A DNA stretch of 64,000 nt. Source: Marsupella aquatica (taxonomy: Eukaryota > Plantae > Marchantiophyta). Each line of letters starts with the position of its first letter. The first letter of the stretch is position 1. A program made the position numbers and the translations under genes. Where the stretch lies: assembly GCA_973895155.1 (NCBI GenBank), contig OZ316895.1, positions 17,216,170-17,280,169 on the forward strand. Reading direction: 5' to 3'. Below the pieces are notes generated by a model. It saw only the letters and a list, made by a program, of their open reading frames with translations. It was not told the origin of the DNA and made no database searches. Below are positions 51,187 through 64,000 of this stretch, piece by piece.

Positions 51187-54100
51187 TCAAAGTGCCTCGA
51201 CTACTCCTTCACTTTGGTGTTTAGTGAAACACTCATCGCAAATCCAGACAACGTAGCCTGAGTTGTTCACCACAGCTCTTTTAAGCCTGAACTTTGATTG
51301 GAATTCCATAGGTCTCAGTTCCTTTCCGAGGAGTTCCGTCAACACATCTTTGAGGCCATTCTTCGCCTCCACTGTCCCGACTGGAGTGCTGCTATTCTGT
51401 AGAATGGACGTCTCAGTTGGATCTGTTGAATTCCTCAAAAGTTCCAGCTCACCAGCAGCTACTAACGCAGCACTAATCCCGTAGGCAACGCTGGTGCTGA
51501 CATTGAGAACGTTGGCGTCGTCTGTTCCTTGTGTAATGGTACTAATTAGTTGCCCCAAGCCTGGTAAAACAGCCTGACTTGCAACTCTACCCACGACAAT
51601 TGCTACTTTCAACGACCAAGTTAGCCAAGGTACAACCTTTGCAGCGAACTTGGAAAGATTTTTAATCTCGATTCCCTCTTGATCTATAATTTCATGGAGG
51701 GAAAGGTCATTGTAGCGTGCTTCACAAAGGAAATGCAGGGTCACGTTTTGTGCAAACATGTCCTTCAAGGCTATCCATATGCCAGAAGCATCCCGTGACT
51801 TCGTGAGATACATGAATCTCGGGACGCTGTTTCTCACCTCCTCCCGGGAAAACCTTTCTAGTGCTTGAAGCTTTTCCAACACCTCCCTCTGTCTGCTGAG
51901 TACTTTTCTTAAATCCTTCCTGACTTCCTCAAAGGTTTTCTGGAGGTCGTTCATTCTCAATTCCATGTCTTTAAACCTAAAGTCCAATTCCTTCTTGATA
52001 TTTTCGAACAATGGATCTTTTTTCCTAGTCATGGAGGTTGGTGCCCAAAATCTCGCAGGAAAGCCCGTAAGAGCACTCCAAAGTCGCCTGAAAAATGGAT
52101 CCTTTCTGGTCTCTCGACTCTCAATAAGAGCCTCACCAATCCCGAGGTCAACAAAGAGCTTTTCAGCCAGGGCACACTTCTCCCCTACCAAGGTTTCCAG
52201 TCTTCGCAGATCTTTTTCTGACAGCAGATCGATTAAATTTACAGGCTCCCCGCCAACCATCCAAGCAGTCGTTGTCTGACCTGCCAGCACCCTACTCATT
52301 ACATCCTCCACTGACCATGCAACAATTCTCTGGTCCATGGGTAATGAGCCTTTAGCTGTACGCCATGGCTTCACCACTAATCTAACGAATTCCACACCTG
52401 GGCTCCAAGTCTCAGCTAGGCATAAAAACCTCTCTAAAAGCAATTGAGCTAATTGAACTTGAAGTTCTCTCCTTTTCTCAGTATTTACGTCATACTTTCT
52501 GCTCACTATAGGTCGCACAAGAATATCAACCCTGTCTTCGAGAGTAGGATCTTGCTCATGAGAACCAATTTCCACCAGGACTGACATGCTATTGGTTCCA
52601 AAAGTGATGTTGAACTTCCCGGCTGTATAACCAGAATCAGCACCTGCACACATCGGATCTTGAGCGAGCTCCACCTGCAGTCTTCGGAAAACTGCAATTG
52701 GGAGGAGGGTTGTGGTCCTGTGCTGCACTTTAAGGCAGTAGCCCATCACCCATTGATCTTTTGCCTCTATCATTTCAGAGTGTGCCCAAAACCCAGTTGG
52801 ATTTTGGTTTCCCAGGTCAGTGATCAGAGCAGGAATAAGCACCTTACTAGGGCCTGCCATGTAGCAAATTCCCAGTCTCAAGAGCATTGCCAGTGTGTCA
52901 GTAACTTGTTGACTGTCATGGAGGAGGTCATGGAAGTAAGTTTTTAGTTCCGTCAGCGCGACGGAGCCATCAGGATGCACTTTTCTAGTGAGAGGGAGTT
53001 CATTGTCAGCCAGCATCGTAGAATTATCAGGAACGAGCAGCTGACCCACAACTCTCCTGCAAAACCAATCGGGATCTAGCACCACCAGACTTCGCCCTGG
53101 ACCACATCCTTCGTAGATGGTATCCGCCCAGCCTTCCCGGAAATGTATCAAATGTCCAGATTCGTGCAAGTAATCCACTGCTGCTTTCAATTTATTCTCG
53201 TCAGACACCGAGCTTTCGAACTGGGCAGCAAACACAGCCCAAAGAACGACAGGAAAATCCTTTGTTTTAACGTCCTCCCTGATTGTATTTTGGATAAACT
53301 GACAAATCTTAGGAACTTTCTTTCCCTCCAGCTGCTTTCTGGTATGCTGAATGAGATGTTCCCGTAACTGTGACACTGACCTTGCAACTCGAGCATCAAC
53401 AACAAACGCCGTGTCCCTAATTTCGAGGTAATCGCGGAAAAGCGCTTCCAATTCTTTCAGGTATTTGACCCACTGGTCAAGGTACTCACAGGGCTCGTTG
53501 TTGAAACGATTGAGCACAAGGATCACATGACGCTTACCTTTCTCCTTCCCCTTCAATGAGCTCGACGCGATGAAGCGCATCCAGTAGCTCAGCACCTCCC
53601 TACCATGATGTTGGCTCCCAGTGTCGGAACTCGGGTAATTGGCATTGCAAACAATTACAAAAGTTGTTGCTTGACCATCGGCGAATGCCAGGTCAGGAAG
53701 AAACGCACTTTGCAAAACCTGGTACTCCGACTGGCCCGCCAGATCCCAAATTGCTAACTTGATGGGCTCCACGCCCCCGTCTCCCTTGCTGACAATGTGA
53801 GACACTTCGATGCCCCGTGTGCGTGGCTCGTCTCTAAATCTCGTCTCTCTTTTTATCCTTGTGATAAATGGAGGCGACATATTTTGCAGACTACGTCTCA
53901 GGGTGGTCTTGCCTACATGCAGGGTAATGCCAAATGGTCAATCCTGTGCAACTGGACCGAGAAAAACCATTCCAAATTAATCTATTGGAACAAAGGACGT
54001 CAAATTTTGTCCCCTTTGGATTTGGCTTCTCGCTCAGCAACTGATCATCGCCAATATGCAAGAAAGACATGATTGTTTCGATATTGCTTTCCAATTCTGT

Positions 54101-55297
54101 TCTGGGACCAAGAATTCTGCATACAATAAGACATGACGACTTACCCTCCTTGGGATGCCCACAGAGAAATATCTTCCCATAGGTGGCTTGAACGTCCTCC
54201 TCTCCTTTCAATTGCTCGAGTATCATGGCAATCCTCCTGTTCTGTTCCAGGCACCTCCTCACATTGCTTTCATAAGTACCAAAGGTGGACCAGTTGATCT
54301 TCAATGTGAGGACCAGGGACCTATTGGAATGGACTGCATTTCTGAAGGCCTCTGCGACCTTCTTGCTGCCGCCCACATTATGTTCAAGATCCAGCATTTG
54401 CAATTTTGGTAGGTGCCCATTCTGTAGCACCCTGGCGAGCTCCATCAAGCCTTGATCAATTGGTGTGAGCAATCCGTCTCTACTAGGTCCTCTTCTACCC
54501 ATGTCATTGTTACCTAGATAGAGCTCAGTCAACCCCGGAAATTTTCCAGACATGAATGCAGTACCAAGAGCCTTCGTGCCATCCACAAAAATATTACATG
54601 TTTCCAAATCTAATGTCTTCAGATTGTTGCCGGATTCCACGAAGGCTGTGGCTATATCTCTAATGCCCTCATCTCCGACATCATTGTAGCTCAAATTCAT
54701 GACCTCCAAAGATGGTAGATGGCCTTCTCGAATTGTATGTGCAAGGCTTTTGGCACCTTCAGTACTAAACTCGTTTTGTTCCAAAGTCAGGACCTTCAAA
54801 GCTGTAGCATGTCCTGATGCAAAGGCTGTTGCCAGACTCTTCACTCCTTCGTTCTTGATCTGATTTCGGCACCAATTTGATTCCACCCGTTTTATAAATC
54901 TTTTTCTTTCATCGGCTTTTCTTTCAGGAAATAAACCCAGAGACTCCAGAGCAGGTAAGTGGCCTAATTTAATGGCTCTTGCTACAGCACGTACCCCTAC
55001 CTCAGTTACATAGTTCCCACCAAGCTGGAGAGACTTCAAGCTCGGAAATGGAACTCCCACCATAGCTCTTCCCAATGCACTGATGATTGTATCTCCCAAG
55101 TTCTCGCCGACCAAATTTATCTCTGTTACGTCGGATACTGCTTTGAAATCTTTAACGAGCTCCTGGAACTGCGGGTCATGGATTGAGTTAGGCTCCGGCC
55201 CCTTACCTCCGTCCCAACCCTCCTTCTTTTCTTTCAATCGTGGAATTAAGGACCCTCCAATTTTGTGACTTCCATTGCTACTCGACATACTTGTCAT
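51187..55297 (-). CDS. LRR-Roc-COR (Roco, TORNADO1-like) protein, paralog 1, ~1292 aa; exons 54145-55297 and 51187-53912
   Basis: RI-like LRRs (LxxLxLxxNx..xxG). P-loop GHPKEG|KTTL is split by a phase-1 GT-AG intron. Also RTRGI, WDLAGQ, COR motifs YLHESG and LDPDWFC, a coiled coil, and C-terminal HFLCE...PWL...WICDEC. Confidence 0.9.
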
Positions 55298-56762
55298 TGC
55301 GGTCCCTACCTTCCTGTCTGCAGGAGCGTGAGAGAGAAACTTGATTTCCTGTTTCTGCGCAATAGAAGACCGATAGAGGATGGGTTGCAGATGCCTGAAG
55401 GAATTAAAAAGAAATCTATGTTCACGGTGACGTAGAAGGGCCAACGGATCAACGATGAATGCAATGATTGCCAATCTGACCAGGAGATCAGCCCAGACTG
55501 CCTAGCGAGAAGGCAAAAGTCCCAGCTGTACGTATAGATGTCTAATTTTGCGACCTTTACGTTTCTGATCTGTTTGACGAAGGAATGTGGAAACTGATTG
55601 TGTGAACCGCTCAACAGAGAGAGAGAGAGAGAGAGATACGGAAGAAAGACAAATGTTGCAACATCCAAAGCTATTCGGCCAGGAGTGGAGTGGAAACACC
55701 AACGAGAATGGCCACCATCTCAATGTACCCTGCGCAGGGCCTCACCTCCGCGGGCAGACAGACAGAAAGACAAGCATGCATGAATGCATCGTTTGAGAAA
55801 ACACGGGTCGATCAATCGAGCGTAAGGCTATCTCCTCCGCCAAATGCAAACGTACGTGTCGTGCGCCTGACGTCCACATTCAGTCGTGAACTTCATCAAG
55901 ATCATCTGTGTAGTAAATAATTCACATCGATCTACGCCATTATAATCGAGGAATTCTCACGCCACTAGTGACTAGTCACACATTCGCATCCGCACTGTCA
56001 CTGTAAATCGTTGGTGTTTGTGTCCTACGAGCGTCAGTGATTCCGCACAATTCTCGGAACTCCCGGAACCTGACTGGTTCGTTCTTCGTGCACATCGTCA
56101 GGCAGGAGAGCGCATTTGAGATTGAGTTGAGTAACTAGCCCTGGAAAATCGACGGCGGGCGGAGGGGAGGGGAACAGCACATTCGGAAGCACATTCCAGA
56201 AAATTCTTCCGGACTAGCTTACTCACTGACGTCACACTTTGTTAGCTCGCAAGAAAGGGAGGGAAGAACCTGCAGGACGGCTTAATAAACTAATCTCAAG
56301 AGTCAGTAGATCTCCCAATACGACGGCTGGTCATATCAGAATGCACCGTCGGAAAGCTTGGATTATAGAGAAACTCTAAGCTCACCATCTAACTCTGTCT
56401 TAGAAAATTTGACTTTGGTCCTTCGTCAACACGCTTCTCGTTCCCTCGAACATTTATTAAACAGAAAGCTCTCTTTGGCAGGGAGTACATATCAAGCAAT
56501 CTATCGGATTCGGGGAGTCATTTCTTCCATGCTTGGAAAGATCTGGAAGGATCTACTGACATATTCCATCCATTGCGTTTTGTCATCATTTACTTGGTTG
56601 TGGTGTTTCGTGGAAAGGAGTTGAGGCGCACCTTGTTTTGCAAGAGTTGAAGCACAAAGGCCGAGCTGCACCGTCATCAACGTTTGGAATGCTCTGGCGT
56701 ACTGGCCCAGGAAATATCGTTCAATAAAGTTTCAGGAGAATTACCTCCAAGTGGGAGGCACC

Positions 56763-57255
56763 GAAGTGACCGAACGTGGGCCTGCGGAAAAGGTGGGGAT
56801 GACTTGTGGATAGGGGTGAAAGGCCGGGTGGGGCAACGCCCGACGAACTTCTTCCCCCTGGTCTTACTCCGGGCCAGGGACCCCAGCAGCAGCGCTACTG
56901 CCATCCCAGCCAACGGGATGCTCCTACTTCACTATGCACTTCCTGACTTCCTGTAACGGGCCATTTCCGGCTTTCGGCGCTTCTTCCGCAAAGCCGAAAA
57001 AGTAAGTCTCCCAGACGTAAGTGCTTACGCACCTCCGGACCCATAGGGAGAAGCATTTCCGGAAAACGAGGAACAGATTGAAAAAAAAGATTTTATTACT
57101 TGCTCCAATAGCTTCTTTTGTGTCTCACTGCGGGGTTGGAGCCAGGGCCCAGGGGGCGGCCACCACGAAACCAAAGACCTGTACGAGTCTTGCAAAAGGT
57201 TGAAAAGCATAATCCGTTTTTAACCAAAGCGGTTTGCTAGGGGCAAAACCACAAC
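56763..57255 (+). other. Probable NUMT: mitochondrial LSU (rrn26) exon fragment plus the 5' part of a group II intron
   Basis: gaccgaac...ggggatgacttgtggataggggtgaaaggcc is conserved 23S-type rRNA. The match stops after GGCC (56825; E. coli position ~787) and continues as GC-rich hairpin-forming sequence. The 3' boundary is approximate. Confidence 0.65.
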
Positions 57256-58669
57256 AAACACGGATCAGCAGTCAGTAGCCAGCGAAAGACTTCGTAGCCG
57301 TGCCTCAATTGGATAGAACGACACAGCAAACCTGTCGATCGAGCAGCTGAGGAATCATTCATGTTGTTCCAATCGGAGAAGCAAGGGAATCTTCTTAACT
57401 AGAGACGATATTTTGCATCATTCGCGGAAGAGAATGCTCATCTCGGTGACTGTTAAACCTCATATACTCGCTCGAAGAGAACTTTAGTACCTTGCAGATC
57501 TCAGTACAAATTCGAAGCCTGCATGAGAGCGTCCGTTTCCAAATTGCATTGGGAATTGATGGAGCCCGTCGGTATACATCAGTACAAACTACGAGACCAT
57601 TACCATACTAGGTCCGTGACTTTGTATATAAAACTCAATACAGAAAAGCTACTCTCGAGTCTCTGGAAGTAGCTCTGAGATCATAGGACCAGCAGTACAC
57701 AAAAATTTCCAAATCCAAGTGGAATGGATTTTGGAGAAGGCTCCATGTAAACAACATGTGTGCCGAAGTCGTCGTTTGTAAGCATTGATACAATTTTTTC
57801 AGTCATGTTTAGTAATACACGTAACGTGGTATCGGGGACACTCTTCTTGATCAATGTTCCTATATATAATGTCTGACGCAATGTCTTCACTTGCTATGAC
57901 ACGCGTTTCGCAACCGTTTATGCAATTATTTGATTCGTTTTCTCCATATCCGTACCACATTTACGGTCAAAATCAGGAGGCCTCCAAGTAACAATTCAAT
58001 AATTATTACGGAGTCACCCTCAACACGTCTATTTCACATCCACAATGTCCACTCAGCCTATTATATGTCTGAGCCAGCAAGATGAACGGGACATGTCAAC
58101 TTCTGTATGTCGAAGTAGTCCACGATCTGCACCAGTTTTCCAGAGCTATCTAGCTACGCCTTGCTCCACTCAAACTTCAAGTCTACTTCATCGAATTGAG
58201 CCATCATACGAGATCAGCGACATCAGGACGGACAAATGGTCGGACCTTAGTTATCAGGAACAATTCCGAAAAACTGCTCCCTTCATTCCCGTCGGTTACT
58301 CTCATGTTTGGGCTCTTACAATCCGTAAATCACCAGTTATTTCGGAGCAATGTGCTATTTACAAACTGTGGTCTGAGGGAAAGGATATGAAAAGTTAGAA
58401 AATACAATACATTCAGTGGTTAACTAATTTCAGATCGCCAGGCCAAATATGTACCTTTCAGCAGAGGGCTCTACCACTCAGCACAGAGCTCCGCACAGAG
58501 TTGGCTTGCAGAGCAGGGGAGTTGTTGGATTAATTTCATTTCACGATCAGAAAAGGAGTTTAGCAGTAAGATTTATTCCATTGGCTACGGGGGAAGGTGC
58601 ACACCCCCGTCAGGTGACTTTGAGGAGAATAACCATGAAGATATCTGAAAGGAAATGAGGGAAATAAGG

Positions 58670-60200
58670 ATTACTTGTGGGTATTTAATCCCATTTCAAC
58701 ACTATCGGAGGAAGAATCAGGGGTATGTCGGTCATAGAAGCTGAATACACACAAGCAGGCCAGAAATGAATAGGAGATAAAAGGGAATGTTGTTATGGAC
58801 TCCTAGTTCAATCCATGTAACAAAACAGGCACAATGACAGGGAGAAGAGGCTTAAAGAGGCGGGCAGTTGGTAAGTTTTCAAAATATGGTAAACGAAGAT
58901 GGAGAGTTAAAACTTGGGAAGAAATCCAAATCCTGCTGGCCGAGGAAGAAACAAGGTCATCGCCAGTAAGACACAGATTCTAAAACGCAATTCACCAACT
59001 AATATTGTGACGTTCACAGACGGTGCTCTTTGCAGATTGGCCTTCAATGTGTATCAGCATTTCAAGGATGACAGAAGGCAGCAATCTATGTGCTCTTCCC
59101 CAGACCACACTATTCGTCTCTCTCCAAGCGGCCTTTAGAATTGCAATGATGAACATGGACCGCGCTTGACATTCTATGGTGAAGCAGAGAGCATATGCTA
59201 ATTGATTCAGTATTGTACAGCCTGTTGTGAAGTCAATTCTTGTGTTAGTGGTCATGAGCAAATCTAACCAACGGTACTGGATCTTCGAGCACTGGTAGAA
59301 CATGCGCTAAATGATATATACTGTATTCTTGCAAGTGGGCATGTACAGTAGCAGCACAGACACCCTAGCTTGGACCATGTATGTTCGAGTAGGAACCATG
59401 TCGAACGAATCTCCTTGTGGAAACAAGTTTGCATGTGCCTTCCAGAGCCTTCGAAGTAACTTGCGCCAATACTCTGCTACGGCATTACTAGACCAGTTGT
59501 GCATTCAATCAAGAGGAGTCTGAACATGTGGGTTCACCAAGTTTGCGCTTGCGAGATGACTGTGTTTGGAGAGACCAGCTGTGCGTTTGTAACTTCACAC
59601 CTCCGCAGGCCCAGCCTCCCATGTCGTGTGAAATTGTCGTGCTCTGACTCCAGCATTCCTTGTCACAAACTCAAAAGACTTTCCTGAAAACTTCCTGCCA
59701 TACATTCTAGATTACCTCGATCCATTGTTTGACTTCCTCATATTCCCACCAGGCTCCAGCCGGAGTTTTCATAACTCGAACGTATGGATTGAACGTAGAG
59801 CTATCCAAAGCCTTGATCAACTGTCGCCCTCCACGCAAAATGATTGGGTTTGCGCGTCTGCCAAACATGCATTGAAACCATGGAAGAATTTGGAAGCCGA
59901 AAATTCTGTAGGGGCCTACACCGGAATTGGGGTAACATTGCTTGCCAGCCTTGAAAATTAATATTTGAATGTAGCACCTACAGATGCTTGAGGGTGCAAA
60001 AGTGACAATTCCTGGGCCTTGGCGTTCTAACTCCTCTTGCAGCACCGTTTGATTGTATCCATAGCCATGACCACCTACTCGATAGAATATCTCTCAAAAG
60101 AGATGGGTGGCAAACCTTCACTCATGAGGCTTGGAAAATAGAGAACTCAACTCCACCGGCCAGCGGCCCTTTATTGAATTCGACCAAGCCACCAGTGGGT
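58670..60200 (-). mobile_element. Degenerate LINE 3' portion (zf-RVT region)
   Basis: Minus-strand remnants W..LW.....P, C..C....MFYQC...RW and AWRE.N, with stops and frameshifts. Confidence 0.65.
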
Positions 60201-60595
60201 TCCCGGCTTGACCAGTGTGGAAGACCGGCACAAACCCTTTCCCATCTGTACCACATCCATACAATTACTATGACCATTGACTATCGACAGTCAGCAGCTA
60301 GATCTGGTATTTAAACTGTAAGTGCTCGTGACATTTTAAAAGTTTCCTCTATATGGGACAAAGTCTTCACAATCACATTTGATGCGGTAGAATGTATTAG
60401 TGTGCTGAATCATCTAGATCAGCCATGAATTGGAATTTACCTTCAATTAAGGAGCTCAGCATATCTTCTGGAACATGTCAACTTCTTCGTGCCAGAATCC
60501 CGATGATCATGCTCACGGACCAGGATGATTTGCAATCTTTAAAACTCATGTGGCCATCAGATCTTCAGCAACAAGGTGGACTGAGCTACAAGGCT

Positions 60596-63500
60596 TCAAA
60601 GTGCCTCGACAGTACCTTCCCTTTGGTACTTACTGAAACAGTCATTGCAAATCCAGACAACGTCCCCTGACTCGTTCATCACAGCTCTTTTAAGCCTGAA
60701 CTTTGAATGGAATTCCATAGGTCTGAGTTCCTGTCCGAGGAGCTCCGCCAACACATCTTTGAGGCCATCCTTCGCCTCGATTGTCCCGACTGGAGTGCTG
60801 CTATTCTGTAGAATGGACGTGTCAGTTGGATCTGTTGAATTCCTCAAAAGTTCCAACTCACCAACAGCCACTAACGCAGCACTAATCTCGTAGGCAACGC
60901 TGATGCTGACATTGGCAACGTTGGCGTCGTCTGGTCCTTGTGTAATGGCACTAATTAATTGCCCCAAGCCTGGCAAAACAGCCTGACTTGCAACTCTACC
61001 CACGACAAATGCTACTTTCAACGACCAAGTTAGCCAAGGTACGACCTTCGCAGCAAATTTGGAAAGATTTCTAATCTCGATTCCCTCTTGATCTATAATT
61101 TCGTGGAGGGCACGATCATTGTAGCGTGCTTCACAAAGGAAATGCAGAGTCACGTTTTGTACAAAACAGTCCTTCAAGGCTATCCATATGCCAGAAGCAT
61201 CCCTTGACTTCGTGTAATACATGAATCTCGGGACACTGTTTCTCACCTCCTCCCGGGAAAACCTTGCTACTGCTTGAAGCTTTTTCAACACCTCCCTCTG
61301 TCTGCCGAGTACTACTCCCAAATCCTTCCGGACATCCACCATCGTTCTCTGAAGCTCGTCCATTTTTGAGCCAAGGACTTGGAACCCATTCTCCAATTTC
61401 GTTATAATTGTGTCTACCCATGGATTCGTCTCTGAACACTCAACAGGAACCTCGCCAGCATGGCCACTAGGACAGACCTGCTGCGCCGGTGCAAACCCGA
61501 GATCAACAATTAGCTGTTCAGCCAGATCACACTTCCTCCCTACTAAGGTTTCCAATCCTCGTAGCTCTGTTCCTGACAAAAGATCGATTAGATTCACAGG
61601 CTCCCCACCAACCGCCCAAGCAGTCGTCATCTCACCTGCCTGGACCCGACTCTTCACAACCTCCACTGACCATGTCGCAACTCTCTGCTCCATCCGTAAT
61701 GTGCCGTCCACAGTGCGCCATGGCTTCACCACTAATTTAACAAATTCCACACCAGGACTCACGGTTTCAGCTATGTCGACAAACCTCTCCAAAATCGATT
61801 GAGCTAATTCAACTTGCAGACTTCTCCTTTTGTCAATCAACATGTCATATTCTCTGCTCACCAGTGGTCGCACTAGAATATCAACCCTGTCTTCGAGATT
61901 AGGATCTTGGGCATGAGCACTAAACTCCACCAAAACCGCCATGCCATTCGTTCCAAAGGCGATGTTGAACTTACCAGCCTTGTAACCAGAATCATCAGCT
62001 GCACACATCGGATCCTGAGCGAGCTCCACCTGCAGTCTTCGGAAAACTGCAATTGGGAGGAGCGTTGTGGCTCTGTACTGCACTTTAAGGCCGTAGCCCA
62101 TCACCCATTGATCCCTCGCCTCCATCATTTCGGAGCGCGCCCAAAAGTAGGATGGATTTGGGTTCCCAAGGTCAGAGATAAGAGCAGGAATCAGAACCTT
62201 GTTAGAACCTGCCATATAGCAAATTCCCAGTCTCAAGAGCATTGCCACGATGTCAGAGACTTGTTGCTTATCATGGAGAAGGTGATGGAAGTAATTTTTC
62301 AGTTCCTTCAGAGCGACGGAGCCATCATGATGCACTTTTCTAGTGAGAGGGAGTTCCTTGTCAGCCAGCATCGTAGAATTGTCAGGAAGGAGCAGCTGAC
62401 CCACAACTCTCCTGCAAAACCAATCGGGATCTAGCACCACCAGACTTCGCCCTGGACCAAATCCTCCGTGGATGGTATCCTCCCAGCCTTCCCGAAAGTG
62501 GATCAGATGTCCAGATTCGTGCAAGTAATCCACTGCTGCTTTCAATTTATTCTCGTCAGACACCGAGCTTTCGAACTTGGCAGCAAACACAGCCCAAGGA
62601 ACGACAGGAAAATCCTTTGTTTTAATGTCCTCCCTGATTGTAATTTGGATAAATTGACAAATCTTAGGAACTTTCTTTCCCTCCAGCTGCTTTCTGGTAT
62701 GCTGAATGAGATGTTCCCGTAACTGTGACACTGACCTTGCAACTCGAGCATCAACAACAAACGCCGTGTCCCTAATTTCGAGGTAATCGCTAAAAAGCGC
62801 TCTCAATTCTTTCAGGTATTTGACCCACTGGTCAAGGTACTCACAGGGCTCGTCGTTGAAACGATTCAGAACAAGGATCACGTGACGTTTCTCCTCCCCC
62901 TTCAATGAGCTCGACGCGATGAAGCGCATCCAGTAGTTCAGCACCTGCCTACCATGATGCTGGCTCCCAGTGTCGGAACTCGGGTACTTAGCATTGCAAA
63001 CAATTACAAAAGTTGTTGCTTGACCATCGGCGAAGGCCAGGTCAGGAAGAAAAGCACTTTGCAAAACCTGGTACTCCGACTGGCCCGCCAAATCCCAAAT
63101 TGCTAAATTGATTGGCTCCCCGCTCCCCTCTCCCCTGCTCACAATGTGAGACACTTCAATGCCCCGCGTGCGCGGCTCTTCTGTAAATCTCGTCTCTCTT
63201 TTAAAAAATGTGATAAATGGAGGCAACCTGTTCTGCAGACTACGTCTCAGGGTCGTCTTGCCTGCATGTCGGGCAATGCCAATTTGTCAATGGCTTGAAA
63301 TTGGCACGAGAAAAACCTAATTCAATCTAATCCACTGGAATAAATGACCTCAAAGTTGACAGCCATTGCATTCAGCACAAATGTGCAAGTAGGTCTTGAC
63401 CGTTTCGAACTTGCTTTCCAATTCTGCTGTGGGACCATGAATTCCACGTAAGACATGACCACTTACCCTCCCTTGGATCCCCACAAAGAAATATCTTCCC

Positions 63501-64000
63501 ATTCGTAGCTTGCACGTCCTCCTCTCCTTTCAATTGCTCTAGTATCCTCGCAAGCCTCCCATTCCGTTCCAGGTACCTCCTCACACTGTTCTCATAAGTA
63601 CCAAAACTGGGCCAGTTGATCTTCAACGTCAGGGCCAGGGACTTATTAGATCGAACTGCATTTTTTAAGGCCTCTGCGACCTTCTTGCTGCCGCCCACAT
63701 TATGTTCAAGATCCAGAATTTGTAATTTTGGTAGTTGCCCATTCTGTAGCACCCGGACGAGCTCCATCAAGCCTTGATCATTTGGTGTGAGCAATCCCTC
63801 TCTACTAGGTCCTTTTCTACCCATGTCATTGTTACGTAGATAGAGCTCAGTCAACCCCGGAAAGTTTCCAGACATGAATGCAGTGGCAAGAGCCTTCGTG
63901 CCATCCATAAAAATGTTACATGTTTCCAAATCAAGCACCGTAAGATTGTTGCCTGATTCTACAAACGCTTTGGCTATAGCCCTAATGCCCTCATCTCCGA
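60596..64000 (-). CDS. LRR-Roc-COR (Roco, TORNADO1-like) protein, paralog 2; 5' end outside the window; exons 63467->64000 and 60596-63261
   Basis: Same intron position (GDPREG|KTTL) and same domains as paralog 1, with high nucleotide similarity including the 3' flank. Confidence 0.9.

Noticed and set aside
55298-55474. N-terminal extension of the 527-aa LRR ORF (MAIIAFIVDP...)
   Set aside because: The listed start is a non-ATG codon and the region looks like a 5' UTR intron ending in CAG; the ATG at 55297 is preferred.
56763-56825. Functional rRNA gene
   Set aside because: Only ~60 nt of diverged organellar-type LSU sequence; a fragment, not a gene.

Overview
Nuclear DNA of a non-flowering land plant. 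This is inferred from an intron-containing, plastid-targeted MurD gene and a mitochondrial rrn26 fragment carrying a group II intron, which suggest a liverwort or lycophyte. The first ~15 kb is nested TE sequence: a young but coding-defective Ty1/copia element (1416-8226, TSD CATGG, with an aberrant extra PPT plus partial LTR) sits in the loop of a large foldback-like inverted repeat, followed by a small TIR element holding a solo LTR. The gene-rich middle contains an NHR2-like gene (+), MurD (-), NPU (+), DEG1 (-), an intronless microbial-type nucleoside deaminase (-, HGT candidate) and TIC20 (-). A chimeric, locally templated inverted duplication lies beside the deaminase. The last 13 kb holds two tandem LRR-Roc-COR (TORNADO1-like Roco) paralogs, separated by a probable NUMT and a LINE relic. 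Gene models were assembled by eye from splice signals and remembered family motifs; no searches were run.
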